From the NCBI GenBank assembly GCA_000320545.1, contig ADNK01000834.1:1-38713 (forward strand): DNA of 38,713 bases, given 5' to 3'. Source of the DNA: Bigelowiella natans CCMP2755. Taxonomy: Eukaryota > Protista > Cercozoa. A model generated the notes under the pieces. That model was given only the letters and a program-made list of their open reading frames with translations, was not told the origin of the DNA and ran no database searches. A program made the position numbers and the translations under genes. Positions within the stretch are counted from its first letter, which is position 1, and every line of letters begins with the position of its first letter. Shown here in pieces: positions 10,050 to 22,457 of this stretch.

Positions 10050-12799
10050 CTATTCACGTACTCGCAACCAGATCTGAGATTAGTAGGAATGTTTGTACGC
10101 ATATCAGCAAATGGGACGATGCAAATGAATTACAATACGCTGAGTATTGATGTGTAGGGGGCTACCCCGAGATCAGTCGTCGTCGGAAAGAACTGCCCGA
10201 ATTACAATTTTTAATGTGCTGGGTTGTGTATAGTGTATAGTAATTACGAAACCTCAACTACTACTACCACTACTGCTACTATTACTACTACTACTACAAC
10301 TCACCATCTAATTTTCTGAACATCGACCACCCATATCCAACAACGTTTTTGTGTGTAGTACCACCTTGAGATCATCGGACGCGAACGGCCACGTGGGTAT
10401 CTTTACTGTCCTAACGAGGCGGAAAGACCTCTTCATCTCCTGTCAGAGAAAGGAGAGAAGGATGTAAAGATCGACAGCGCAACAGCATGCGAAGCACTCG
10501 GAGCAGATGGCTAGACGAGCACCTGCTGGAAGAGCTTCCCCGCATTTTCGCCATATTTACATCCACGAGTCGTCTGCCCCTCCCACTCGCCGACATACAC
10601 CACGGTACGCTAAGTTGAGCAGAGACGTAAACAGTGGTCGTCGGAGTGAGCAGGGGAAGGAAGGGAGGGGGGTGATGAGAAGGGGGGAATAGAGCTAATT
10701 CCTCGTATACAAAGCTGTATTTCGTTTCCTCTTCTTCTTTCCATCTACTGATTCTCCTCCTCCTACACCTCCTCCTCATCTTTCTTCTCCTTTCAAATCA
10801 AATCCCTACTGCTTCGTTTTATTACCCCTTTGTAGCATCGTATGGAATCATATGCCATGCTTGTCCACCCACAGTTGTCGCCGCCCCCTTCCTCGTGGAC
10901 GACTATGTTCGCCTCCTTTGTTATTTCCGATAGAACAGAAGAAGAGGAGAGAGATAGTTGAATTGACATCTATGGAATTATCGCAAAAGTTCCTACCCGA
11001 GATGAAGACGCGGACTCAGCTGCTTCCACTTGTAGCTCTTCCTTCCCTTGCGAGTTATTATCACCCTCCCCGCCTCCAACGCCACCGTCGTTGTTCACGC
11101 CTTCGTCGATATTAGCATCGATGTCTTCTTCTTGAGGAGGCCAGCACAATAGCAACGTCATATCTGGATGTCTGCTCGCCATACTTAGTATTCATTCATA
11201 CACACGTGCGTGGAAGTTAGCGAAGGGGGCGGCGGGAGGGGAAGAAAACACCTTATTTTTGACTTCTCACTGCGGATATACTGGTATTCTATCTATGCAG
11301 GTGTTCTCTGGAAGAGGTCATTGTATCCCCATTTATCATCAATCACCACCGTTTTTCTGCCATCGTCGTCATCGTCATCGTCATCATCATCACTATCATC
11401 ATCATCGTCGTTGCACATATTACTCGGGCCCTCCCTGAGAGATGCTGAAGAATTGCTTGCGTGAGGATCTACCGCCCAGGGCACGATGGTAGGCGTTGTT
11501 CTGGTCGTATGAACGCACACGCACACGCACACGCAAAAACATGTACACACACACACACACACACGCACACACACACAAAATCAGGTGGCTATAAAACCAC
11601 GTCCAGTGTAGATGAGATCGCCCATCTCATTATAGGCGAGACCTGCTTGTCAGGAGGGGCAATATCATAAGCTATCGCCTTCACCCCAATTTGCGTGAGT
11701 AGGTTGCACCAGTATCCCGTCCCTGCATACATTAAACCTTAGAATTTTGGCAACCTTTTACCGCATAAATTGTGAAGGGGAGGGAGAGTAGACCTGCACC
11801 AATCTCGACAACGCCATTTTGTGAATAGTCGCGAATTGATCTTAACGCCTGCATGCAAACAGCAGAAAGCAGGGGATAGTTTGCATCCTTTGATATGACG
11901 ACTCAACAACATCTCACTACGTCTGCGTTTGGAATCCCCCATGCGAACCGATTGCGAAGAGGTGTGACGCAGGTTTCCATGAATCTGTATAGCAAGCAAC
12001 GGCTACGTTTCACTACTACGATTATGATTTGTTTGCTGTATCGTAAACTTATTCCAGGGGAATATGAACTCCATATGGCCTATACAAACTCTATAGATGC
12101 GTGCACGTACGCGCCCTCTGCTTTTAGTGCGTCGGGGTTACTTACAAGCAGAATTTCTGCATGCGCCCTAGATCCCCCGCGATTTCGGCCACCGGTTGCA
12201 TTCGCGCATCGATCTGTTCAAGGAGAATCTCATCAGACATCCCATCCCCTGTGCCTAAACTTTCTTCCTAGATCGAACAACAACCCAGTGAAGGTCCTCA
12301 AGCACCCTCCTCACTTTCCAATAGCGTTCCAAGTAAGGATTATCTGCAGCCATGCTCCGGGAGGACCCCATTACGGTTCGATCCTCACTGCTACTCGAGA
12401 TCTCAATGACACCGCTAGAGGTTCCAGACGTTTGGTCGCTTTGTTTGACATCTCCTGAGGACTGAGATAATGCAGCCAGTTGTGGCTGCTGCGCCCGGAG
12501 GGGAGCCTTGCCAGTGGCTTTAGAGTCCACTGGCGTGTGGACTAAAGGAGCGGATGTTGTCGCTGTAATTTCCTTTTTTTTCGTCGTCGCCGTCGCCGCC
12601 ACCGCCGTCGTACGACGCCTTTTCCTACTACTTGGATGCATTCGTCGGTCGGTCGGTCGGTCGGTCCGGTCGCCCTTTCGAAAGCTATATTTGTTTGAAT
12701 TATGATACGAGTGTAACAGAAATATTGGACAGATTTTTGCCTGAACTTCACCTAAAACGGAACAAGAAATTCACCATGCGACAAGGTCGTAGAGGTCAT
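10050..12799 (-). CDS. Uncharacterised class I SAM-methyltransferase-like protein, multi-exon
   Basis: Exons read ...NPYLERYWK|...|FMETCVTPLRNRFAWGIPNAD|ALRSIRDYSQNGVVEIGA|GTGYWCNLLTQIGVKAIAYDIAPP|...|HPDMTLLLCWPP|...|TVVYVGEWEGQT|...FRLVRTVKIPTWPFASDDLK|IWLRVRE* (stop at 10050-10052). EIGAGTGYW is a SAM-binding motif I, followed by an acidic residue in AYD. The start is uncertain (ATG at 12799 or 12777). Confidence 0.8.
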
Positions 12800-12929
12800 T
12801 CGAGTAAAAAAAGAGAGGATCACGTTTTTTAGTCCTCCGACCGCGTTCTTTGTCTTTTTTGGATGAAACTGGCCTTCGTTTCAGTTCAAAATTCTGCCAT
12901 ACGACAAGACTCAGATCCAGTCAATCAGC

Positions 12930-14121
12930 ATGGTGGCTCCAGCACCCCCATCCATTCTCTCCCTCTCCTTGCTCGCAACAACAACTACCGTATTCGTCGC
13001 GGCGTGTAAAAGCACTTCCATTCCTTCTGTGGAATTGAATGATGGGGTTAGAATGCCGGTCATCGCTCTGGGGACCGGTGGCTACGACAACGACACAGCA
13101 GCAGGAGCCGTGCTCACGGCGTTCGAGGCTGGGATGACACACGTACACACCGCGTATGACTACTACAACCTCCCTGGTGTCGGGGAAGGACTATCTAAGG
13201 CCGCTGAGCGATCGGAGATGTTCCTAACTGGCATGACGTAAGATATCAATTCCATGCAAGCAGTGTCATACAGTTACAGTGATAAATTATTTGTTGTACG
13301 TTCCGTCCTTGGCAGATCTCCATGCATACATACGGCTGGAAATCCTAAGCGTAACGTGACTGATCCGAAAGAATGCTATGATCTCACGATGAAAGAGCTG
13401 CACGAAAGCCTGGATCTCCTAGGCATGCAGTACGTCGACTTGATGCTTCTACACGGTCCATCGGAGCCATTCGGGTAGCGGCAGGCATTTCATTTCATTT
13501 GCGAACTTTTCAAATTCTCCTCAGTCACAATGAAGCTATGATTTTTGTATTATCATCTATCTTCATGCCTGTCCACTGCGTAGGTATGAGGGCGGTTGTT
13601 CTCGCGATATCTGTGCTCTCAACGCTGCTCAATGGCGCGCATACCAAGATTTCCAAAAGATGAATAAGACGCGTTCCATTGGCGTGTCGAACTACTGCCA
13701 ATCGTGCATTGAATGCCTTCTATCCGCGACCACAACAAGTGTCACTCCTTCCGTGAATCAAATCCAGTATCATGTAGGAATGGGCCAGGACCCGGAGTCA
13801 TTACCTTCTTATTGCCGCAGCAAAGGAATTGTCGTGCAGGCCTATTCTCCGCTTGCTGCAGGAGGTGTGATCTCATCGGAAGCGTGCATTCGAGTCGGGC
13901 AGGCGTACAACAAAACCTCAGCTCAGGTAGGATTAAGATGGGTCCTCCAACAGCCTTCCGAACCGTCTCTTGTTGTCAAATCCAAATCGCCGAAGTATAT
14001 ACAAGAGGATATCAGCGTATTTGATTGGTCTCTATCCCCTGACGATATGGATGCATTGAATCGCGAGACAGAGCCAAAAGGGCAGCAAGATGGACGGCCT
14101 TCATGGGGCTGCGCTAAGTAA
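12930..14121 (+). CDS. Aldo/keto reductase family protein with N-terminal signal-peptide-like segment (3 exons, 334 aa)
   Basis: Exons 12930-13237, 13316-13474 and 13584-14121 join in frame through GT..AG introns. AKR motifs: LNDGVRMPVIALGT, TAYDY, ESLDLLGMQYVDLMLLHGP, RSIGVSNY, PSVNQIQYH, GIVVQAYSPL, KTSAQVGLRWVLQ, FDWSLS. Confidence 0.93.
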
Positions 14122-14792
14122 TCGTGAAGGCTGCGTGCTGAAACGAAGAACAAATTGCTTTTAGGTTCCAATTAATTAGCTAGGCTAGTGTCGCTTTGTT
14201 CTATCATCAGAGCCATTACTGATTTAATAATACAAATTTTACACAAATTATGCAGATGAGAATGACAGCGATGATGCACATTGTAGCGGGCACATGCGTG
14301 CGATATATAAGAACGTGTAATATGTGCATGCTCATCTTTTCTCTTGTACCGTTGCGCGGCATGTGGTGGATAAACATACACGGACAAATGCACACAGTCT
14401 GTACGTCATGCAAGACTATGCACCAAAAATAGATTTTCATACATACATATGCTATTTTTATATATATTCAATACACCTAACACAGCCCTATCTGTGAGAC
14501 GGATGTAATGAAGTAATTAAATGTTTTCAATGGTCACGCATGCCACTTGTGAATGTAGTTACATCCTCGCTGTCCTTTTCATTTCTTCGAAGAGCTGCTA
14601 TATGCAACTGAGATACATGCACACAGTCATCGTATTGTACACCCCTACACAACACATAATGTGTCCATAAAAACATAAAAACATGTAATTACTACTACTG
14701 CATGGAAAGCAACAATCAGTAGTGCTCGCCCACGCCATTGTGTACACACGTGTAAGTCTACGTGACGCTGTGCAAACAACCACGGCACCGCA

Positions 14793-15338
14793 CTAGCTGT
14801 GATGATGTATGCGCATATCTCGCGGTGATAGGAATGCTGCTCTGCATTGATCACTTGCATTGTCAGCATGTTCGAGCCTGTTACGCAAGCACGCATGCGC
14901 GTACACACACAACCACACACACACGTGCTTGACGTTGCTGAAAGAATTTATTTCTACGCATATGGAGTTTGCCTCAGTGGTATTGCCTATACGATTAGTT
15001 TCGAAGGCTTTCATATGTGTACTGCTTCGATTCATTCTTGAAGCTGATACGCCTTGGGCAATTCCTTTAGGAATTGCCTTGCCCTGCAACTTATTGTTAC
15101 TGATCCCATAGTTTTCGAAAATTCCCGAGTCATTATTTTGGAACATTGCAAGATTTCGTCGCGTCTCGTCGAACCCTCGCAGGCAGCGGCTCTCAGGCGT
15201 GACTTCGTGACATTCGCTGGTGTGGCCGGCACTTCGGGAGGAAAGGAGATGAAGCGCGGATCCGAAAAAAGAGAAATCGCCCCAATCACAGGCGAAATTC
15301 CCGCTGCGACAGGGCAGCGCGGTGTACCCGCGCATTCA
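14793..15338 (-). CDS. Hypothetical protein (exon structure unresolved)
   Basis: A 180-codon open frame of non-repetitive sequence (CHEVTPESRCLRGFDETRRNLAMFQ...), head-to-head with the HIBCH-like gene. I recognise no domain. Confidence 0.35.
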
Positions 15339-15548
15339 TAGACCTACTCCACGCAATATACGGCCAAAAGCCAAAAAATGGAGGGCGTTTGGGAGTACTA
15401 CAGCGTGTAAGTGCCGGGAAACATACCGTAAATAAAGGTGATTTTCACGCTGAGACACGGAAAGCAGAGTCCCTTCCTACTAGAACCGGCTTCCAGGCAT
15501 TCAGGCACATACGTCCACGGCCCCCACCACCAGCCTAACCCCGTTGTA

Positions 15549-16250
15549 ATGTGGCGGCGCAGCAGCCGGGCGTGGTGCCCTAGGGCCAGGAAAAGCAGCC
15601 CGCAGAATCTACACTCCGCCTCCTCACGGGAATTCTCGTCGAATGATACGTACATCCGCGGGGCGGTCATGGGAAATCCCGAGGAGATCTTCAAAACGGA
15701 GGTCGGTCAGCCGCATGCTGGGTTAGGCAAGTTTTCTTTGGGGAGGTGGAAGAGGGCCGATAATACCGTCAGAGGCCTTTTAGATCTTATCAAATTGACA
15801 CGTTTAGTCCCGACATAACTACTTATTCGTAGCATTTTCGCATGGCGCCATAACTCTGCCCCTCCCCCCTCAGGAGCTGTACACACGTTCTCGCGGAAAT
15901 TCCAGGAGTATTGTTTTGAACCGGAATGAAAAAGGCCAACTTCTCGATCGGTAGCATTTAACTCCTATCATATATAAGAGGGAGAAACATGAGTTGCTTT
16001 CATTCGAACGAGCGATCTATATGTAGAAGGCAAACAACAGTTTGGTAGGGAGACTGCCCCCCGTCCAAACCACGAGTATTTTTCTTATCCTAATAGTTTT
16101 GCTTCAAAAATCTTCGTATGTGCCGCTCATCGTCATTTTCATTCATATCAGCGCCACGCTTGATTGGATTTCGCACTGCGTGCATTCATATAAGACTTAC
16201 AACAAAGAGGTTCGTTTATTGTGTGAGTTTGTGTTCGAATGTGTGCGTGC

Positions 16251-16320
<70 letters not shown>

Positions 16321-16552
16321 ATTTCACAATGACGATCTCCCCAGCCTCATTGTCTGTGAGCATCATTAGCCTTATCGCCATTATCATCAACATAGTGCAC
16401 TCATTACGCTTTCTATGGATGTGCGCATACATGCCTTCGTGTCTCCTCTTTTTTCTCAATTGCATGTATGTTCGTTCTTGCATAGGTGATGAGTATCATG
16501 ATACGCAACACGGGGTAAGTAGTAATTATACGTACACACAGACACACACACA

Positions 16553-16623
<71 letters not shown>

Positions 16624-17171
16624 TGTCTGTGGTGTCTGTAGAGCTGTCCGTTGCTCGTTAGTCTTGCAGTCGGCGGAGAGTGTGCGAGTGGCGAGTGAGC
16701 ATATGCTGGTTTTCTTGCACGCAGATCCTCGGCCTTCTGTCCCGGCGTGGATATCAAATCGCTTTATCCGGTGAGGAGTGAATGCAAAAGGAAAAACTGC
16801 GGTCCTCTCTCTAACAGCACTCTCTCCCCCCACCCCCTACCCCCCTCTCCCCCGCTCCTCTCCCAAGGATATGGATGCGTTCACCAGCAAATGGCAGCCC
16901 GAGGCGCGCACGTACTTCCGAAAGGTGCAGGAGCTTGCATGGGACCTGGCCTCGATTTCCTACCCCCCCACCATGTCTGTGATGAACGGCTTCGTGGTGA
17001 GAAAGAAAACACAGACGCTATCGATGCTGATAATAATAATGATAGGCAGCAGCAGCAGCGAAAGATAATCATGCTAAATAAAAATGTGCTGAGACCGTGG
17101 ATAATACACAGAGGAATGACGCACTAGATAGAAATGCACTCACACACATTGGGCAAACTCGTACGCATACC

Positions 17172-17212
<41 letters not shown>

Positions 17213-19914
17213 ACATGATACTGATATTTAATACATTAACAATCATTTACATATATTATGTGCATCATCATCTTCTTGATCTTCATCATCTTCTTCATCA
17301 CCAGGGCGGTCCTGGCCTCTCCTTCGGTCTCAACTGCCATTACGCATGTGGGACTTTCAATACCGTCATCGCTCTCACAGGTATATAGCACCGCAACTAT
17401 CAGATACTTCTGGAATAGCAAGACGACCCTATGAGAATCAATCAATCATCCATTAGCGCTAAAGGATACCCCCCCCCCACCCCCTTTAAACCCCAAAACA
17501 AAAAAACCTGCTTGTGGTTTCGTACCTTACGGCGGCGCAAGTTTCCGGTATGCAAAGCTGCCCAGGAAGCTTGGTGAGGCAACAGAAAACAGCAGCAACA
17601 GCAGCAATATGTTTGATCGTTTTGTGGCGTGAGATAGGAGGCGAAGGAGCCGTATAGAGCTGCTCTTGTTGTTGTTGTTGTTGTTGTTGTTTTTGTTGTG
17701 AGTTTGCGAGCATTCTACCATCATTTGCGACTTCTTGTACTGTATCCATGATTCGTTGTCGCTACTAGGTTTTTACCTGGCGCTGACGGGAGTCCCTGTC
17801 TCTGGAATTGACACGTTCTTTTCGGAACTGGTCAGTGTTTGTCGTCGTCGTCTCCACATGAGCTAGCTCATCAGCCGTCCTCCTCTTCCTCTTTCTTTGT
17901 ATCATCGGCTGTTTATCGACGTCGGTGGTTGGTTCGCCACGCGGCTGCTCCTTGCCCGCTACATACAGTACACCTCTTTCTTTAATTTGCATTCCCATAT
18001 TTCCCCAAGACTGAAAGAGATACGATGATGACGATGGTGACGACGATGACGACGATGATGATGATGATGATGGTGATGACGCGCTTTGGTTATCCAGGTG
18101 TCTCACTTTGCCCCGGAGAATCTCTACGATGACGTGATCCACTCCTTAGAGGTGAGGGAGGAGGGTGAGGGGGAGAAGGAAGAGAATTGAGAGGAGGAGG
18201 AGGACGGTTTTGTGCATGCATGCATGCATGCATGCATAAGTGTGCTCTGCTGATCGAATCTGCTGCGCTTTTCTTCGTTTTGCCATTTAGCACACACACA
18301 CACACACACACACACCCGCGCGCACGCACACATCTACATGTTGGTTGTATATCCCTTTTTTGTCGCGAAACACGCCGACACAACACCACCACCATCAGGA
18401 CACGCAATACAGAGGGTTTTCCGCTGTCCGTATGGTACTTAATGAACAACAAAAATAACAACAGCAACAACGAAGAAGGAGAAGAAGAAGAGGCACCTAC
18501 CCCCCCCCCCCATCTATTCCCTATCCCTTTTGTTGTCCTCCTCCTCCTCCTCTTCCCGAACAACGTCGCGTCGTCTGTTTTCTTTTATTTTTTTTTAAAT
18601 TTGTTACGATGCAACAATGACTTCTTCTTCTTCTGCTTGCCTCTCCTTCTTTCCTAAGGCATTATGCGACGGGTTGATGATGGACAAATTGATCCCGAAA
18701 GAGGCCCGAAGAGCGTTTTCATTCCAAGTAAATATATATATTATATATTATATATGTATGTATATAAATATTTATGTGTATTATAATATACTATGTGTAT
18801 ATACGCATCATCATTACGAGGAACAACCACATAGCGGTGATGTGCTAAGTTGTAGTAAATCGTCACTGACGAGTAACGAGGCCTTTTTTCCCCACGACCT
18901 CCCTAACCCCCCCTCCCGCCTTTGACGACCTGAAAAAAACAGCCCCATTTGGATGCGATTGAGAGGTGCTTTTCCCAAGACGACATTGAATCGGTAATAC
19001 CTGCTGCATGCACGTGCAACCTATTCATCACGAGGAATTGCGAAATAAAAGGGGAGGGGGGCTCAGCATCGATTCGAGTCCCACAGGCGCAATATTTTGA
19101 GGGAGGAGCAATAGAATAGGATTGAATTGGTTGTTTCTTAGCGCCCACCCACCACCACCACCACTACCACCAGGTTCTCCAGGCTCTTGATAAGGAGAAG
19201 ACGGCTTGGTCACAGGAGACGAGGGCGCTCATCCTCAAAGCAGCACCTACATCTGTAAAGGTGAAAGAGAGGAAAGACTACTACCGTGTGTGATGATGTG
19301 GCGCATTCTGCCTTCATCATCATTCTCCTGTATTATGCCGTCGCCGTCGTTATCGCGGTCGCTGAGTTTGTTATTTTTGCAATTTTTTTCCCTCTTCTTA
19401 TTAGCATATAACGCATTGTTATGATTATTATTTTCATTATTATTTTCATGCACCCAACCAACAGGTGACATTCGAGATGCTGAAGCTTGCCGAGTCGATG
19501 TCCATCGAAGAATGCCTTCAGATGGTGGGCGGCGCAGAAGAGAGAGGACGGGGGGAGGGGGGGGGGAGGGAGAGAGCGGAAAAGAAAGAAGCATCAGCAC
19601 CAAATATATTTAATTTATATAATCTACACAGATGTAGTCTTCTCACGTTACGATGCCGTTAATGACCGATGCAAATAATAAATCGATCAGGAGAACAAGG
19701 CACTTCTGAACATGATGGAGAGGCCAGACTATGAAGCGGGGCTGAGGATGGTGCTTTCCACGGACGCCAGCGGGAAGGGTGACGATAACGCCTCTGCGAC
19801 GACGAAGACGCCTACGTGGGAACCACCGAGGTTAATAGTAGTAGTACTACTAGTAGTGGAAGAAGAAGTTGGTAGAAGTAGATTTCGTCTCAGGATTAGA
19901 AAGTCAAAGCAATA

Positions 19915-19949
<35 letters not shown>

Positions 19950-20610
19950 GACAGACAGACAGACACACACACGCAGACATTGTACCCAGCACATGAATAC
20001 GAACACATGTGGAAAATTTTCTCATCACAGGCTTGAGGACGTGCCAAAGACAACAGTGCAGCAGATTTTAACGGAAATCCACGAGCAGGTAGTAAAATTG
20101 GAACGGAGCGGCATGTGATGATGACGATGATGATGATGATGATGATGATGATAACGGTGATAATAATGATGGACGATGATGATGATAATGGGTGATGATG
20201 ATCATCATGCATACATGCTTTAGTAGCAGCAGCAGCTTGCAGTAGGGTGGGAATGAGCAATGCCTGCTCGATAATTTTCGGCCAGTTTTCATGAGGCTCC
20301 CCTCCCCCCCCCTCCCCCCCTCCCTTTCTCATAGGACGATTTCCGCGTGGGTATTGTTGTGGAGGATATAGAAGGCGGAGAGCTGAAAGGTTAAAATAGG
20401 GAGATGATGATGGGGGTTAGCAGCGGGGCCGGATGATGAGGAGAAATGCACGCACTCTTATACATCGTGTTTCGACTCTTCTGCGCGTATACATTTATCT
20501 GTAAGCGAGAGAAAGAGAGAGGGGGGGGGGAGAGGATGTTCACCTAGAACTTGCTCCCACACAATACCGAAAGCGCGCTGCTTCGTTGCAACAACACTAC
20601 CTGTGTTAAT

Positions 20611-20659
<49 letters not shown>

Positions 20660-20930
20660 CTCTCATTCTCTCATTCTCTCCACAAACATATATCTGCTGC
20701 TACCTGCTGTGCTTACAGTCAACACGGAGCCGAAGCTCGACTACAAATGGCTTCAGGTGAAGGAAATCATGCTCTCACGACGACGCCATGCGGCGATGCG
20801 AGAATACGTTTAGTCATCATCGTCCTCAGGGGCAGCATCTTATTTTCCATTCCATCGTCGTCACTATCGTCATCATCCTCACCCGTGATGATGCTGCGAA
20901 ATAAGAGTACAAACATAATAGTATTATTTG

Positions 20931-20968
<38 letters not shown>

Positions 20969-21829
20969 GTTGAAATGTAAATCACTGTGCACACGATGTT
21001 CAGGATGGTCATGTAGAGCCGGTGGAAATGAGCAACCTTAGCGGTAAATTGTCCCTCGTTCTTTGATACGATCACCTTATTTCATCATTGCCGTCATCAT
21101 CATCATCATCTTCTTCTTCACCACCATCGCCATCATCACCATCGTCGTCATCATCCTCACCACCACCATCATCATCATCATCATCACCATCATCGCCACC
21201 GCCGCGCTCCTTACCACCTGCGCCCTCCTCCCACTAATTCAGAGGAAGAGCTGTTTGATATGGGACTCATCACCGACGACATGATGGAGGCAGTCGAGAA
21301 ATACTCGCAGGATCCGGTAGTAGTAGTGAGTAGTTAAGAGACGCACTGTTCGTACCATTGCAGAATACAAGAGAAAGTCTTGAGGAGGGCGGGGGCGGGG
21401 GCGGGGGCGGCAAGAAACTCCTTTCTTTCTCTATATCTCCACTCGTAATGAGCGCTTTCTCACCCGGGCGACCTGTGATTCTCCCTTTCTCCCTACCTAC
21501 CTACTAAAGGCTGTGGAAAGGCGCGAGGATCCTGATGTCTCTGCCGGCGATGTCTTCGGAGAGCAGGGTAGTAGGAGGGCTAGAGGGGGGGAGGGGAAGG
21601 AGGGCTACACGATGATACATGTATATATATATATATATATAAATATATATACATATGGCAATGATGATGATGATGATGAGGTGTGTGGTGGTGGACATGA
21701 TGACCAATGCGGAAGCCATATCTGACGTCTCAATGTGATGATCTGCCAGACGGCGAGCAAATAAAGGAGGACATCGTGGGACTTGAGCTCGAGGAGGATG
21801 AGACGACTGGGGAGAAGAAGGAGGAGTAA
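15549..21829 (+). CDS. 3-hydroxyisobutyryl-CoA hydrolase-like (crotonase fold; HIBCH/EHD3-mS47-like) mitochondrial protein, roughly 20 small exons
   Basis: Arg/Ser-rich presequence MWRRSSRAWCPRARKSS. Exons in order: SRSIVLNR (~15875), SAFCPGVDIKSLY (~16725), RTYFRKVQELAWDLASISYPPTMSVMNGFV, GGPGLSFGLNCHYACGTFNTVIALT, CGFVPYGGASFRYAKLPRKLG, FYLALTGVPVSGID, VSHFAP, HLDAIERCFSQDDIE, WSQETRALILKAAPTSVK, VTFEMLKLAESMSIEECLQM, E...PDYEAGLRMVL...PTWEPPR, LEDV. These are colinear with HIBCH, then an acidic tail ending ...TTGEKKEE*. Confidence 0.88.
16240..16320. repeat. Compound (GT)n(GA)n intronic microsatellite, representative of dozens of TA, CA, GA, GAT, GAG, GCT and TAC tracts in introns
   Basis: Direct reading. 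Similar tracts occur at ~770-800, 1278-1320, 10257-10300, 16557-16622, 19917-19948, 20613-20656, 27350-27412, 28147-28200 and 34100-34206. Confidence 0.95.
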
Positions 21830-22457
21830 GATAGAGGAGGAGGAGGAGGAGGAAACGTGGGAGGAGGGATGGTTGCAGGATCGGTTCATAGAGCAACTAG
21901 GGCGAGTTGTGAGGTTGGAGAATTTCGCACGGGGTACACGATAGGCGCAAATAGGCGGGGCGAGGAATATGCGGATGTGTGAGCAATCGGAGGGCGCGGG
22001 CTGTCTCCCACGCGCACCCACCCGAGCAATCATTTGCTAGCACTCACTCTAATTCATCGCTCGCCGTGTTTATTTGCGTGCTGAACAATGTTGGGTTGTA
22101 GACTGTGTGATACTGCCCACATTCTGCTACTAGCATTATGCCAGCGCATTATGGTGATTGGGGACCAGTATAGTCGTACGTAGCTAGCTAGCTACGCTCA
22201 TTGTCGATCGCAATGGTAGTCACTGGCTACATAGCGTGTAATTGCATGATGTTTATGCGCGGCTGCATGTGTGGGCTGGCTCGACAGACGTACGCGTAGT
22301 TACTTATACGTTCCGTTGCGGTGCGTACGTACATGCATTTGATTGCATGAAACACATCATAGCGAAGACCAATAGGGTGAGTATATGCTGCCTACCACAT
22401 TATCGTACATATTATGATCGGTATACCCTCGCTAACATAGCTAGGCTGACAAAGTTC

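Noticed and set aside
10257-10300. (TAC)n tract as the LINE 3' tail
   Set aside because: It lies in the last intron of the minus-strand methyltransferase-like gene, whose final exon (10050-10073) is closer to the LINE.
16042-21725. Many short ORFs with poly-H/T, CV, ER, SL or I runs
   Set aside because: Translations of intronic microsatellites.
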